The notes under the pieces were generated by a model, which saw only the letters and a program-made list of their open reading frames with translations, was not told the DNA's origin and made no database searches. DNA of 64,000 bases, from contig OY761158.1 of the NCBI GenBank assembly GCA_963664405.1, forward strand, positions 3,328,001 to 3,392,000, in the 5' to 3' direction. This stretch comes from Thermoanaerobaculia bacterium. GTDB taxonomy: Bacteria; Acidobacteriota; Thermoanaerobaculia; Multivoradales; Multivoraceae. The translations under genes were made by a program, and so were the position numbers. Below, piece after piece: positions 48,429 through 59,146 of this stretch (its first letter is position 1; every line of letters starts with the position of its first letter).

Positions 48429-51400
48429 TCATTGCGATCCCTTAAGTAGCGAAGATGGCAGCTGCGCCAGAAGCTTGCGACCGACGATGGCGGCCGCTAT
48501 CAGCACTACAACCAAAGAGAGAATAGCGGCCGGAGCTGCGCTCACTCTGTAGAAGCCAATGGTGACTGCAAGCAGAGCAGCACCCAGGCCAGCCAACGCC
48601 GATGCCTGACGTGAACTGACCGAGCCCACCCTGCGTACCCGTAAGGCGAGACCCGACCAGAGCAGAAGGGCACCGACTATGCTCAACGCGCGCGCCGTGC
48701 TGCGACCCGCCGACGATGCATAGGAGATCGCAAACCAACTGTCTTCCCCCGACTGATTCGCGTATAGCTTATGAAAGGCATAGTGCACACCCTCAGCGGG
48801 AACGGCAATGCGCAGAGGTTCGATGGCCTGGCTCGCGAGCCTAGCCTGGAGCCGATCCATCTCTGCCTTCAGCTCACCGCTCGCCATCGGCGCTCCTGCG
48901 GTGGAGATGTCGAGATTGCCTCGTGCCTGCCGGTAGGCCATATGGGCCGGCAGGTAGATGTCCCACTGCGATTCGGTCACCAAGATGTCGGGCCGAGGAA
49001 GGACTCCTCGCACGGTGCCGAGTCCGCGGATCTTCGAGCCTGGAGTCGCGTAGATCAGCTCGACCGGGAAACCTTCGGTGGAGTTGACGATCTTGAGCAG
49101 CACGCTGCCTTCCTTTTCGGGCTCTCCATTCTCGGCAAGTGCCGGTTGCTCGGGGCGGCCGGCGACGAAGGCGGACCATACCTCGGCGTTCGCCGGTAGC
49201 CGGATGCGCAGGAACTGCTTGCGACTGTTGCGCACCTGAAAACGGGCGATGGTCACCGCCAGGCCGTCACGGGTGAAGAGGGTGCGGTACTCGGCTCGAT
49301 CGATGACCGCCTCTTGCACGTCCAGGAGACGATGACGCGTGACCTTCAACGTGAGTGATGGCGGCGGTTCGTTCTGCACGTACTTGAAAGCGAGCAAGAT
49401 CGGGTGCGTGGTGCGCAGGATCAGCTGTCGAGGCAGCTCGCCGATATCGAAGGTGGTCAGCTGTTCGCTATTGGCCACTTGCACCTCTACCGCGCTCAGC
49501 GCCTCGACCGCCAGCCGTCCCTGTTCGACCTCGGCACCTCGCACGTGGATCGTCGGCACTTCCGCGGCCGCCTCACCGTCGGACAAGATCCGCTCGTAAA
49601 GAAGCTCTAGGCGGAACTGGCCGTCCATCTCCTGGGTGAACTCGACCTCGACCGACTGCCCACCGTCATCCTCGGTTGAAACCTCGTAGTCGCGAATCGA
49701 CGGACCGGTCAGGTTGAGGATATTGACGTCGCCGGGGGCCGTGAGCACCAGCTCCGTGACGCTTCCGGATTTGAGATTGATCTCGACGATCGCCGACGCA
49801 CCGAGAGTGACCTCTCCAAGCGAGATCAAGGTATCAACCTGCGCATCGAACCTGCCCTCCTTGCGCTCCGGCGCCGACGCCGCCACCACTAGCACAGGCG
49901 GGCTCTCGACATACTTGAAGGTGTGGGCTACGGGCAGATCGAAGGCCTGACGAACGAAGGCCGGCAGTTGGTTCTCCCCGACTCGGGTCGCGACGCCGTC
50001 TTCGACCGGCGCTAGCGTGAGCTCCGAGCTCGAAAGCAAGGCAACCATTCCGCGCTGGCGATGGGTCTCGACCGCTCGCAGCAAGGGAACTTCGATGCGC
50101 GCGTCGGCGTCGCCTCCAGCCAGCGAGTGGTCGTAGTGAACTTCAAAAAAAAGCTCTCCTTCGACCTTGCGATCGAGAAAGATCTGCACTTCTCTCTCCT
50201 CACCTTGAGCCGCATCGGCGATGCGCCAATCGGCGACCGCGCCCGAAGCCGAGGTAATCCGGTTGACCTGGACGTCGGGTGGCACCATCAGACGAAGAAG
50301 ACTGGTCTCGCCGCGGGTCATCTCGAAGTGCACTAGAGCTCGTACGTTGAGCACGCCCTCTTCGGCATAGACACCGTGGAAGATCGCCGCATTGGCGCGA
50401 ACCTCGGCGCGAATGTCTGCGGGTACCGCCTCGGCCCACGCGAAGGAGATCGTGGTCGTCATCGGTGCGTAGACCGTGGCAACGGTGTCACCGCCGAGCA
50501 CACGACTGGATACGCTTGCCGCCGGGGTCACAGTGATCTCTTTCTTCCCGGCTAGAGTCAGGTCGAAGCGCGACACCGGCACCTGCGGCACCTGCAAGGA
50601 GACCCGAGGGGGGCCCTCGCCGCGCACCACCGGGACCTGGAAACCGAGCACCACTCGGTGCTTGCCCCGACCTCTGATCAAAGTGGCGAAGTGGCCGTCT
50701 TCGACGAGGATGGGGGCGTCGACTCCGTCGACTTTGAGATCGTTGAGAGTGACGGTTCGGGGAAGCAGCTCGAGGGTAACGGTACCTTCGGTAAAGAGCT
50801 CGACGCCGAAGTCACCCGACCATTGCACCGCATCGCCAACCAGCTGCCCCTTGTAGAGAGCGCGACTGAGGGTATGACCTTGCCGGCTGGGGGTGCGCCA
50901 GGCTATCTGCACACCGGTAGTCGTTGGCACGGTTGCTCGGACCAAGGTGGCTTGACCTTGCGGCTCGACTCGCACTCCCGCCGCGGGAATGACCGTCACA
51001 TCGAGACCACTGCCGGGGAGAGTCGCCCTGAGGCTCATCGACGCCGCCCGCGGCAGCGGAACCGCCATCGCGAACCCCGCCTCGGAACGAGCCGCGTCGA
51101 TGCGATAGCTGAGGCTCATTCGGTGCGAACCCTTCTGACGAGTGATCCAGGCCAGGCCTTCGGGCGTCGGCACCAGTTGTACCTGATTCCCCCCGACGAT
51201 GACACTCTCCACCGGCGTGGCGGCGGGCAGCACCGGGATCAGAGTCCACTCATCCTCGAAGACGTCGATGCTCAGCTCGACGCGCACCACGCCACTCGCC
51301 GCGGGCCCAGGCTGAGTCGCATCTACAGTGACTGTGGCACTGCCGAGCGCAAAGTCCGCCGGGACCGGTCGCGGATGCTGCACGGGGTCGCGGCTGAGAT

Positions 51401-51566
51401 CGATCAGGCGGTTGTAAGCATCAATGGGTATCTGCACTTGTCCGGATACCGGTGGGTCGGAGATCTGGGCTGCAAGCGGTAGAGCCAGGACTAGAGAGGC
51501 GAAGAGCAAGGCCGTCATGCCACCGAGCAACACGGACAGCTTGGGACATTTGTGTAGAGATCTCAT
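48429..51566 (-). CDS. Large exported, membrane-anchored protein of unknown function
   Basis: Signal peptide, repeated beta-rich segments (QRGMVAL / EQGRLAV), C-terminal TM helices. Confidence 0.75.
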   Translation of the reverse strand: MRSLHKCPKLSVLLGGMTALLFASLVLALPLAAQISDPPVSGQVQIPIDAYNRLIDLSRDPVQHPRPVPADFALGSATVTVDATQPGPAASGVVRVELSIDVFEDEWTLIPVLPAATPVESVIVGGNQVQLVPTPEGLAWITRQKGSHRMSLSYRIDAARSEAGFAMAVPLPRAASMSLRATLPGSGLDVTVIPAAGVRVEPQGQATLVRATVPTTTGVQIAWRTPSRQGHTLSRALYKGQLVGDAVQWSGDFGVELFTEGTVTLELLPRTVTLNDLKVDGVDAPILVEDGHFATLIRGRGKHRVVLGFQVPVVRGEGPPRVSLQVPQVPVSRFDLTLAGKKEITVTPAASVSSRVLGGDTVATVYAPMTTTISFAWAEAVPADIRAEVRANAAIFHGVYAEEGVLNVRALVHFEMTRGETSLLRLMVPPDVQVNRITSASGAVADWRIADAAQGEEREVQIFLDRKVEGELFFEVHYDHSLAGGDADARIEVPLLRAVETHRQRGMVALLSSSELTLAPVEDGVATRVGENQLPAFVRQAFDLPVAHTFKYVESPPVLVVAASAPERKEGRFDAQVDTLISLGEVTLGASAIVEINLKSGSVTELVLTAPGDVNILNLTGPSIRDYEVSTEDDGGQSVEVEFTQEMDGQFRLELLYERILSDGEAAAEVPTIHVRGAEVEQGRLAVEALSAVEVQVANSEQLTTFDIGELPRQLILRTTHPILLAFKYVQNEPPPSLTLKVTRHRLLDVQEAVIDRAEYRTLFTRDGLAVTIARFQVRNSRKQFLRIRLPANAEVWSAFVAGRPEQPALAENGEPEKEGSVLLKIVNSTEGFPVELIYATPGSKIRGLGTVRGVLPRPDILVTESQWDIYLPAHMAYRQARGNLDISTAGAPMASGELKAEMDRLQARLASQAIEPLRIAVPAEGVHYAFHKLYANQSGEDSWFAISYASSAGRSTARALSIVGALLLWSGLALRVRRVGSVSSRQASALAGLGAALLAVTIGFYRVSAAPAAILSLVVVLIAAAIVGRKLLAQLPSSLLKGSQ

Positions 51567-51595
51567 GAGCACTCCTTGTGACGGGGTGAGGCGGG

Positions 51596-54301
51596 TCAGC
51601 GACTGTCGCCGATCGCCAGAGCGGGACGCGGCAGCACCTTGAGGTGCCCCGCATAGCGTAGAGATTCCGCAAGCTGGATCTGCCACAGCGGCAGGACCGA
51701 GGGACGGGCAGCGAGGACAGCCAGGTACTCGTCGAGCATGGCGAGATCGGCAACGATGTCGCGATCACGCTCGAGGCCTGGGACCTCGCCGCGCAGGCCC
51801 TGGAGCAGCAGTCGAGCGCGCTCCAGCGTTTGCCCCGCGTCCTCGGGTCGGCCCTCCGCCACTTCTCGTCCGGCGAGGTCGAGAGTGGTGAAGAGCTCGT
51901 GGGCGAGAAGGTTCTTGAAAACGTTCGTCTCCAGCGCACCCGCCGGCCGCTGCTGGCGTGCGAGGTCGAGATGGGACCGGCTCACACCGTTGCGCAGATA
52001 GACCAGATCCTTGTAGCGAACGGTCACGTCGGCGATCTCGCCCGCACCCGGTGCAACCACGTCGAGCAGAAAGACATGGGCGTCGCCTGCGTAGAAGCTC
52101 GGAATGACGATCTGGATACCGTCTTCGTCGTCACCTCGATCGGCGGTGATGCCCAGGTTCTTGGCCAATCGGCGATCGACGCTCTCTTCCGCCTCCCGGA
52201 CCCGGGCAGCGCCGCTCTCGCCGAGGCGCTCGGAGCCCACAACCTCGATCAGTCGAACTCCGGGCGCGAGTCGAATGCGCAGCCGCACGGCTCGAGCGAC
52301 AACCCGACTCACCGCTTCGAGCTCACGCTCGACCAGGGCATCGGCCTCCGTGGCGCTCTGCAACAGGCGCCGGTTGCCCTGCCCAGCGAGGGCGATTCGA
52401 TCGAGCTCTTTGGTGTCAACGCCGTCGCCAATGCCGACCACACCCACTGGAACACCCGCAACGGCACTGACATGGGCCAGCTTTTCGAGCGTTTCACCGG
52501 CAGCGCCGAACGGCTGCGAAGTAGCGAGGAGAACGACGCTGCTGCCGAGCGGCGACGAAGGGTCGTCGCTCGCCGCCACTCGCTCGATCGCGGTCTCGAG
52601 TGCCCGGACGGGATCGAGTGCCTCGCCGTCGCCGCCGCGCTCCAGCAGAAGCCGGTCCATGGCTACCCGAAGCGGGCCGTAGTGAAACTGGCCAGGCTCG
52701 ACGATGACACCGCCGAGGCGCCCCGCCGCAACTAGGCAGAAGCGATCGCCGAGGTCCCTCGCGGCGCCCAGAGAGCTCACTAGGGCGCGCATCGCGGTGA
52801 CGGCCTCGCTGTCCAGCTCGGAGCGCAGATCGAGCACCAGACACAGATTCATCGGTCCGCGCCTCCCGCTCGATCGCGTTGTCGCTTGAAGCCCGACCTG
52901 AAGCAGGACTCTGCCCTCCTGCTCGAGCCCGCTACGGTCCGCGTGCAGATAGGCGGCGAGCGCCGCAGCCGTCGGCGGATCGAAAGGCTGAGTGGTCTGC
53001 CGGGCGGCGTTATGAAGCTGGAGCGGGCGGCCGAGAACGGAGCGAAGCTCGGATCGGTCCTCTCCGGTGACTCTCGATTCGAGAAGGCGCAAAAGTGGAT
53101 CTCCCGGCACATAGGTGTTGGCCCAATAACCGGCAGCCTCCTGGAAGCTCAGATTGTCGGTGCTCTCGCGGCCGGCCAGGAAGCGCACAGCCGAACTGGT
53201 CGCGTCAGCGGGATTGTTGAAGGGGCCGTTCATCCGCGAGTCCTCTTTCTTGTCGGCAAGCTCCTCTCCTGGACGATGGGCCTGGTCGCCGCGGAAGCTA
53301 TCCACCCCTCGAGGCAAATACACATCTCTCTTCCTGAAACGCTCGTCGGGCGGCACCGACTCGGGCAAGACGGCCGCAGCAGAGGAGGATGTCTCACTTC
53401 GCTCGGGTGCCTCGGTGGTCTCTGTGACCGTCTCGCCTAGCGAGGGGAAAGTCTCGACAAGCGAAGGGGGGGTCTCGACAAACGACAGGTCGTCCGCGTG
53501 AGTATTGCCGTCGCGCCCCCGCTCCTGATCAGGGAGGGACAACTGCTTGCTCTCGACCCCGTCTGGGTCCTCGCCGAACGCGAGTGCTCCTCCGAGAGCG
53601 CCGCCGTCCGTTCTCGGCTGGCCCTCCGCTTCGGGGACCGAGCCCGCTTTCTGCGCAGCACGAATGTCCTTCGAGAGAGCGATATTCCGGCCGCCTTCTC
53701 GGTCTTCTTCGTACTTGCGCTCACCCTCCACGATGGCGGGTTCGTCGCCCACATACCCCAAGGCCCGAAGCTCCTCCAAGGCGTCCTCCGGCACCGAGGC
53801 GATCGGCGCTTTCACCTTGCCTGCCGATCGCCGGACGGCTTGCTCCGCACTCTCGACCGCCACCGACACATACTCCTCACTCAGCCCGTCCAGCGCTAGC
53901 TTGTTCCGCTCGAAGAGCCGCGGAGTGACAAAGAAGAGCATGGCAGCAAAACCCGCGACGCCGAGTGACAGCTGGACAGGCCGAGATCGGGTCAGCGTGC
54001 CAACGGCCTCTTTCAAGGCGCCAAGCCACCGACGATCACCTTCCGCCTCACCTTCCACGCAGGGTGTCGATGTGGCCGAAGCAACCACTCTCTCCACCAG
54101 ATCCTGGGGCGCCTGGTATGGAGGCAGGGAAGACAGCTCCGCCTCGATTGCGGCCAGCGCCTCGAGGAAGGGGAAGCAGTCGGAGCAGTCCGTCACGTGG
54201 TCCCGGGCCTGCGGGTTCTGATGCAGAGCCGCCACTCCCTCTGCGGCAAGTAGCTCTTGTGTCAGCTGACAGATCTTCTTCATCGAGAGACCCTTCTTCA
54301 T
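51596..54301 (-). CDS. Zinc-finger anti-sigma factor fused to extracytoplasmic VWA domain
   Basis: HVTDCSDC (HxxxCxxC), TM helix, acidic linker, NLCLVLD...VGIG...LDRIALAGQG VWA fold; ATGA overlap with ECF sigma. Confidence 0.75.
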   Translation of the reverse strand: MKKGLSMKKICQLTQELLAAEGVAALHQNPQARDHVTDCSDCFPFLEALAAIEAELSSLPPYQAPQDLVERVVASATSTPCVEGEAEGDRRWLGALKEAVGTLTRSRPVQLSLGVAGFAAMLFFVTPRLFERNKLALDGLSEEYVSVAVESAEQAVRRSAGKVKAPIASVPEDALEELRALGYVGDEPAIVEGERKYEEDREGGRNIALSKDIRAAQKAGSVPEAEGQPRTDGGALGGALAFGEDPDGVESKQLSLPDQERGRDGNTHADDLSFVETPPSLVETFPSLGETVTETTEAPERSETSSSAAAVLPESVPPDERFRKRDVYLPRGVDSFRGDQAHRPGEELADKKEDSRMNGPFNNPADATSSAVRFLAGRESTDNLSFQEAAGYWANTYVPGDPLLRLLESRVTGEDRSELRSVLGRPLQLHNAARQTTQPFDPPTAAALAAYLHADRSGLEQEGRVLLQVGLQATTRSSGRRGPMNLCLVLDLRSELDSEAVTAMRALVSSLGAARDLGDRFCLVAAGRLGGVIVEPGQFHYGPLRVAMDRLLLERGGDGEALDPVRALETAIERVAASDDPSSPLGSSVVLLATSQPFGAAGETLEKLAHVSAVAGVPVGVVGIGDGVDTKELDRIALAGQGNRRLLQSATEADALVERELEAVSRVVARAVRLRIRLAPGVRLIEVVGSERLGESGAARVREAEESVDRRLAKNLGITADRGDDEDGIQIVIPSFYAGDAHVFLLDVVAPGAGEIADVTVRYKDLVYLRNGVSRSHLDLARQQRPAGALETNVFKNLLAHELFTTLDLAGREVAEGRPEDAGQTLERARLLLQGLRGEVPGLERDRDIVADLAMLDEYLAVLAARPSVLPLWQIQLAESLRYAGHLKVLPRPALAIGDSR

Positions 54302-54903
54302 TGGAAGACCTCGCCTTCGCGGTCGGGGTGAAGCCTCGCCCGGGATCGAGCCAGAGCAAGGCGGGCGCGCCTCAAGCGCGTCTTGACTGTGTTGAGCGGT
54401 ATCGCGAGCGAAGAGGCGACGCTCTTGAGAGCGAGGCCCTCGACGGAAACCAGGAGCAGTACCTCGCGCTGCTCTCGTGGAAGACGCGCGATCTCGCCCT
54501 CCAACCAGGCTGCGGACTCGCGGCCTTCGAGGACCCGCGCGCCATCCGGCGCCGGATCGGCAGGCTCGTGCTCAGGCGCAGCCGCTTGCATGATCTGACG
54601 CACCCGCCTTCTTCGATAGTGGTTGCGGACGGTGTTGGCAACGATGGTGAACACCCAGGGATGAAGCGGGCGATCGGAGCTGTAGCGAGCTGCCGATCGA
54701 TGAACCTTCATGAAGATGTCCTGGAAGAGGTCGTCACGGTCCGCGCCGACGACCCCGGTCCGCGTCAGATAGGAGTAGATGGGCGCCTGATAGCGTGCGA
54801 CCAGCTCGCCGAAAGCGTCGCGGTCGCCGTCGCGATGGCGCTCCAGAAGACGGCCTTCGTCACTCGTCTCAACCGACTGAGGCACTCCGGCTCCCTCGCT
54901 CAT
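54298..54903 (-). CDS. ECF RNA polymerase sigma factor
   Basis: AFGELVARY, DLFQDIFMK, WVFTIVANTVRN, LPREQREVLLL, LNTVKTRLRRAR. Confidence 0.92.
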   Translation of the reverse strand: MSEGAGVPQSVETSDEGRLLERHRDGDRDAFGELVARYQAPIYSYLTRTGVVGADRDDLFQDIFMKVHRSAARYSSDRPLHPWVFTIVANTVRNHYRRRRVRQIMQAAAPEHEPADPAPDGARVLEGRESAAWLEGEIARLPREQREVLLLVSVEGLALKSVASSLAIPLNTVKTRLRRARLALARSRARLHPDREGEVFQ

Positions 54904-55034
54904 CGCCGTGCCTCGAGCCTGCTGCAAAGTGTCCACAACAACGCCATACCCACAAGGCGACGAAAGGTTCCCGTCTTTTCTATGGCTCCGATGGACATCG
55001 CTCTTGTATCCGGACACCACCACGCCCGCTTTCG

Positions 55035-56393
55035 CTACTGTGAGCGGCAGCGGGGCCAGCAACTCATAGCGCGGATCTCGACCAGGCCGGCGCGGGTGCC
55101 CACCCAGAGGGTGTCTCCAACCGCGAGGAGAGCTGTGACGTCGTCGGAAGGAAGACCGTGGTCGCTGCTGATGCGCTTGAGGCGCGCCCCGTCGCGCCGA
55201 TGAAGCAACAGGCCGTCGCCCATGGTCCCAACCGCGACTCGCCTCTGCCACACGGAAACGGCATTGGGATTGACCCATACGTCGTTTGCAAGCGGACTCG
55301 CGGACTCGTCGCCATCGATCGAATGCAGCCCGGCATCGTAGGTGCCGACCCAGACTCGCCGCCCGACCGGCTCGAGTGCGGTAACCCAGCTGTCCGGCAG
55401 CTTGCCGTTGAGCTCGGAGAAGCGCTGCCACCTTCCACTCGTTCGCCGCAGCACACCTCGCATTCCGGCCGCCCACAGAACATCCTGATGAACGAAGGCT
55501 GTGTGCAGCGCCTCTCCCGGCAACTCGATCGAATCCCAGCCCGCCGCCGATTGCAGCCATACTGCCGAACCCGTCGTCACCACCAAGCGACCCTGATCAC
55601 CGCGAATCGCCTGAACGGAGCCACGAACGCCCGCGACCGGCTCGATTCGTGCGCTGACCTCATCCCAACGGCCGAGGCCCGCGCCGCTGCCAACCCAAAG
55701 GGCAGCCCCATCGAAGTGAATGGCATTGATCCACCGCGCGCGCGGCCGGTCGCCGGAATCGACCTCGACCCACACACCGTCCTCGAGCCGCGCCAAGCCA
55801 TTGTCGAAGTAGCCGGCCCAAAGGACCCCATCCTGTGCAGCGAGCGCGGAGACATTCGTTCCCGGCGGGCCGGGGAGACGGATGCTGCGAACCTCGAAAC
55901 CGTCGTAGAGAGACAGTCCGCCCGGGTGGGCGAGGACCAGCAGTCTACCCACCGTCGCCAGGTCGCTGATCCAGGATGGGCTACCGGCGACTGGATCTGC
56001 TCCGGCGCGAAAGAGCCCACCCCCGAAAGTAGCGACCAGACGCCGGCCGTGCGAGACCCCGACAGCGCTGACCGGGAAGCCTGCCACTTGCTCGGTCGAG
56101 GGCGAGACCGCCGAAGTGGGCGAAGAAGCAGCACCCTGGCACCAACCGACAACCGACAGGGGCGCGGCGGAAGGCCGGCGGAACGCCCTCTCCAAGTCGA
56201 CAGGTCTCAGGGTGAGTACCGAACCGGTCGCGGTAGTAGCAACGAGAGCGCCGCTCTCGATCTTCAAGCGCCTCACATCGCTGAAGCTGCAATGACGGCG
56301 GATCTCGAGGTCGCTACGGGAGGCATCCGACCCACCGGCCGCCGCAACATTCACTACGAGCAGCGCGGTCCCGACAAACCTCACGACCCTCAC
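55035..56393 (-). CDS. Exported beta-propeller protein
   Basis: Repeated LWVGT/LWAG blades, LPDSWVTAL, LPSDDVTAL. Confidence 0.8.
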   Translation of the reverse strand: MRVVRFVGTALLVVNVAAAGGSDASRSDLEIRRHCSFSDVRRLKIESGALVATTATGSVLTLRPVDLERAFRRPSAAPLSVVGWCQGAASSPTSAVSPSTEQVAGFPVSAVGVSHGRRLVATFGGGLFRAGADPVAGSPSWISDLATVGRLLVLAHPGGLSLYDGFEVRSIRLPGPPGTNVSALAAQDGVLWAGYFDNGLARLEDGVWVEVDSGDRPRARWINAIHFDGAALWVGSGAGLGRWDEVSARIEPVAGVRGSVQAIRGDQGRLVVTTGSAVWLQSAAGWDSIELPGEALHTAFVHQDVLWAAGMRGVLRRTSGRWQRFSELNGKLPDSWVTALEPVGRRVWVGTYDAGLHSIDGDESASPLANDVWVNPNAVSVWQRRVAVGTMGDGLLLHRRDGARLKRISSDHGLPSDDVTALLAVGDTLWVGTRAGLVEIRAMSCWPRCRSQ

Positions 56394-58971
56394 CTCGACG
56401 CCTCCTGGACGGGGATCTCCACCGCCACGCTTCGGCTGAAGGTGTTGCGAGCGGCATCCACAGCCAAGAAACGAAAGCTGTAGCGTCCGGGCCGATACCA
56501 CTCGGGAAGCTCGTAGTCTCCCCGCCACACCGCCGGCATCTCGTCGTTGATCTCGAGCACCCTGCGCAGCACGACGTACCCCCCCTGGGGCGGGCGGACC
56601 ACGACACTGATTACGTCGGGAATGACGAAGGCCAAAGCACCCTCGGACGGCGAACGAAAAGACAGTGAGTCGAAAACGCCGCCAACGGGGGTGGCTTCAA
56701 AGCGCAGCGTTCGTCCTACCAGCTCGGTCCTGACAGCGAAGCGTGGCGCGGTTTCGTCAACCACGTACTCCGCGGAGGTGGTGATCCAGTCGCCGTGGGG
56801 AAGCACGATGCGAATCTGAATGGTGTAACGGCCCTGTTCCTGATCCTTGGGCACGAGGAAGCGACACACCCAGACACCGCTGACCGGGTCTTTTTCGAGC
56901 TGCTTACGCAGACCGAAGGGAAAGAAGGCAGACACCGAGGTCGCCTCCTCTGGAGCCCTCACCGTAAGCACAGGGTCGCCGGGTTTGATTCGCTCCATGC
57001 TCAGCTCGGCCGGCCCGAAGACTCCTTCGTAACTCATCCCGTCGGGCAGCTCGGAGGGAATCAAGACGGTCTCATAAGGCAGATCGGCGCCCTCTCGGAG
57101 CCTTCGCTCGACCGCGACGAAGGAGGTGTACTTGCTCATCAAGTGGTACTCGAGGGCCAGCCCGAGCACAGCCTCGCGGATCTCGGGAATCTCCCGCCGC
57201 ACTTGAAGGCGCATGAGATCAGCGATCGTGCGTCGCGCCCAGAGCTGCCTCAGGGAGCCATTCTCGGGCTCGCGAGCAGGGAGCTCGACGTCCACCGGAA
57301 TCTCCTCCCAGCCCTGGCCCCGACGACCGCGTAGATAGATCGTTGCCGTCCCCGGCTCGCGATAGCGGCCGACGAGAAAGACCGGCTGCCGATCGAAGAG
57401 ATCGGGAACGGTCGCCGGAAGCGGGCTCTCGACAGAAAGGCCATTCCAATCCGTCTCGACCGAAGTGAGCACAGGCATATTGAGGCGGCGAAAGAAGCGG
57501 TCCACGGCAGGAGCTGGGTCCTCGTCGTTACGCAGGTACTGAGCAAAGCCGCGACCCTCACGAGCCATCTCCCCGATGAGATAGCGGTTGGGCGAGGAGC
57601 CCACGCCGAGCGAGTAGAGACGCGTGTCACCGACGCGCTGCCGGATTGCGTCGAGGATCTGGGTCTCGTTGCCGATGTAACCATCGGTGAGAAAAAAGAC
57701 CATTCGCTGGCGATCGGGGTCGGGAGGGAAGTCGAGCGCAGCCTTGACCCCTTCGATCATCTGCGTTCCTCCAGAGCCACGTAAGCTGTCTACGTAGGTC
57801 GTGCCGAGCCGCCGGTTCTCGACCGTATTCGCCAAAGCGCGGGGAGAAAGTGCCGACGCGGTCTCAGAGAAGCGGATGACCCGAAAGGTGTCGTGCGGGT
57901 TCATACCGGCGATGAACTTCTTCATCAGCGCTTTGGACGCCGTCATCGGGAAGCCCGACATCGACCCCGAGCAGTCGAGGACAAAAACCATCTCCTTGGG
58001 AACCACCTCCTCACTACTGACCTCGGCGGGTGGTTGAACCATCAGCAAGAAATAGCCGACGTCGCCGGTACGATGGGTCAAGAGAGACGTTTCAATCTCT
58101 CTGCCTACGGTCGAATAGCTGAGAACGAAGTCCTTGTTCGGGATCCGCTCCTCCGGCCCCAAGCTCACCAGCACCTGCGAGCCGCCCTGCCAATCGAAGA
58201 TCGGGTCGTGGCTGGGCGAGCCGATCTCGCGCAGCGGGAAACCCGCCGAAATGAGCACTGAGAGCTCGATGTCATGACCACTGCGCAGAGGGCCGGCGGC
58301 AGAACCGGTGGAGTGATGCGGCTCGCGTCAGGCACCACATCGCTATCGAGCGAGGTGCCGGTCCCTTGATGACCGGCACCTCGACCCGGGTTGAAGCGCG
58401 GACCCACCGTCATCGGGAAGGAAAAGGTGTAGACGCCGTCGTCGTAGGCGAGCTCCTGGGTGTAGCGCAATGCGACCACGATCTCCTCCCCAGGACCGAT
58501 ATTCGCCACCGATTGGGTGAAGATATTGGGGCGCTCCTGCTCCAACAAAGCAGCTCGCTTCCCGCTGGCCTTCGCCTTCTCATATTTCTTGCGAGCCGCC
58601 TTGCGCTCTTTGATCTCGGCCGTGACCAGGCGGTCTCCGATGCGGATCACAGACTCGTGCACGGCCGCGTTGGCCGGCAGTGGAAACTTGTAAATGGCCT
58701 CGATGGGTCGTGGACTGGGGTTGGAGAAGAACTGTTGGACTGTGACTCGAGCCACGAAGCCCGAGACCTCGCCAACAACGGAAGTCTTCCGCAGAGGCAA
58801 AGCGAGCGTTCTCTCTCCTTCGGGGCCGATCTCGCCGGTGGTCTCCCAGCGGTACTCCATGACTCCCTGCCGCAGACTTACGTCCTCGGCAAGGGAAGGC
58901 ACCAGGGGTAGCAGGAAGAGAAGAGCGGCAAAGGCAGTGCGTTCTAGGGCAGGTGCGCGGGAAGCTCTCAT
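56390..58971 (-). CDS. Exported VIT-VWA (inter-alpha-trypsin inhibitor-like) protein, frameshift near 58290
   Basis: VIT: ARVTVQQFFSNP, EAIYKFPLP, LLEQERPNIFTQSVANI; VWA: VLDCSGSM, FLTDG, LMSKYTSFVAV. Confidence 0.85.
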
Positions 58972-59008
58972 GAGGTGGACTCCTTTCTGTCGTTACACCT
59001 GAGGTAAG

Positions 59009-59023
59009 GCAACTGCCGTGCCA
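59009..59023 (-). promoter_or_regulatory. Sigma54 -24/-12 promoter for the VIT-VWA operon
   Basis: Minus strand TGGCAC-GGCAG-TTGC, exact consensus, just upstream of the 58971 start. Confidence 0.85.
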
Positions 59024-59065
59024 GGCGTAGGTGACGCCACTTTGGGGTCCGGGCGACCGACGTCC

Positions 59066-59102
59066 GTGTCCAGCTCGACACCAGCCGTGTCCGAGGGGGC
59101 AC
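59066..59102. promoter_or_regulatory. Paired candidate enhancer (bEBP) sites
   Basis: GTGTCCAGCTCGACAC (59066-59081) and GTGTCCGAGGGGGCAC (59087-59102), 21 bp apart. Confidence 0.55.
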
Positions 59103-59146
59103 GTGGTCGCAGCCGGGGCCGCCAGCTACCATAGGTAAAGGAAAGA

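Noticed and set aside
54940-54975. Autoregulatory ECF promoter (GGAAC) upstream of the sigma gene
   Set aside because: -35 is plausible but the -10 element and spacing are ambiguous
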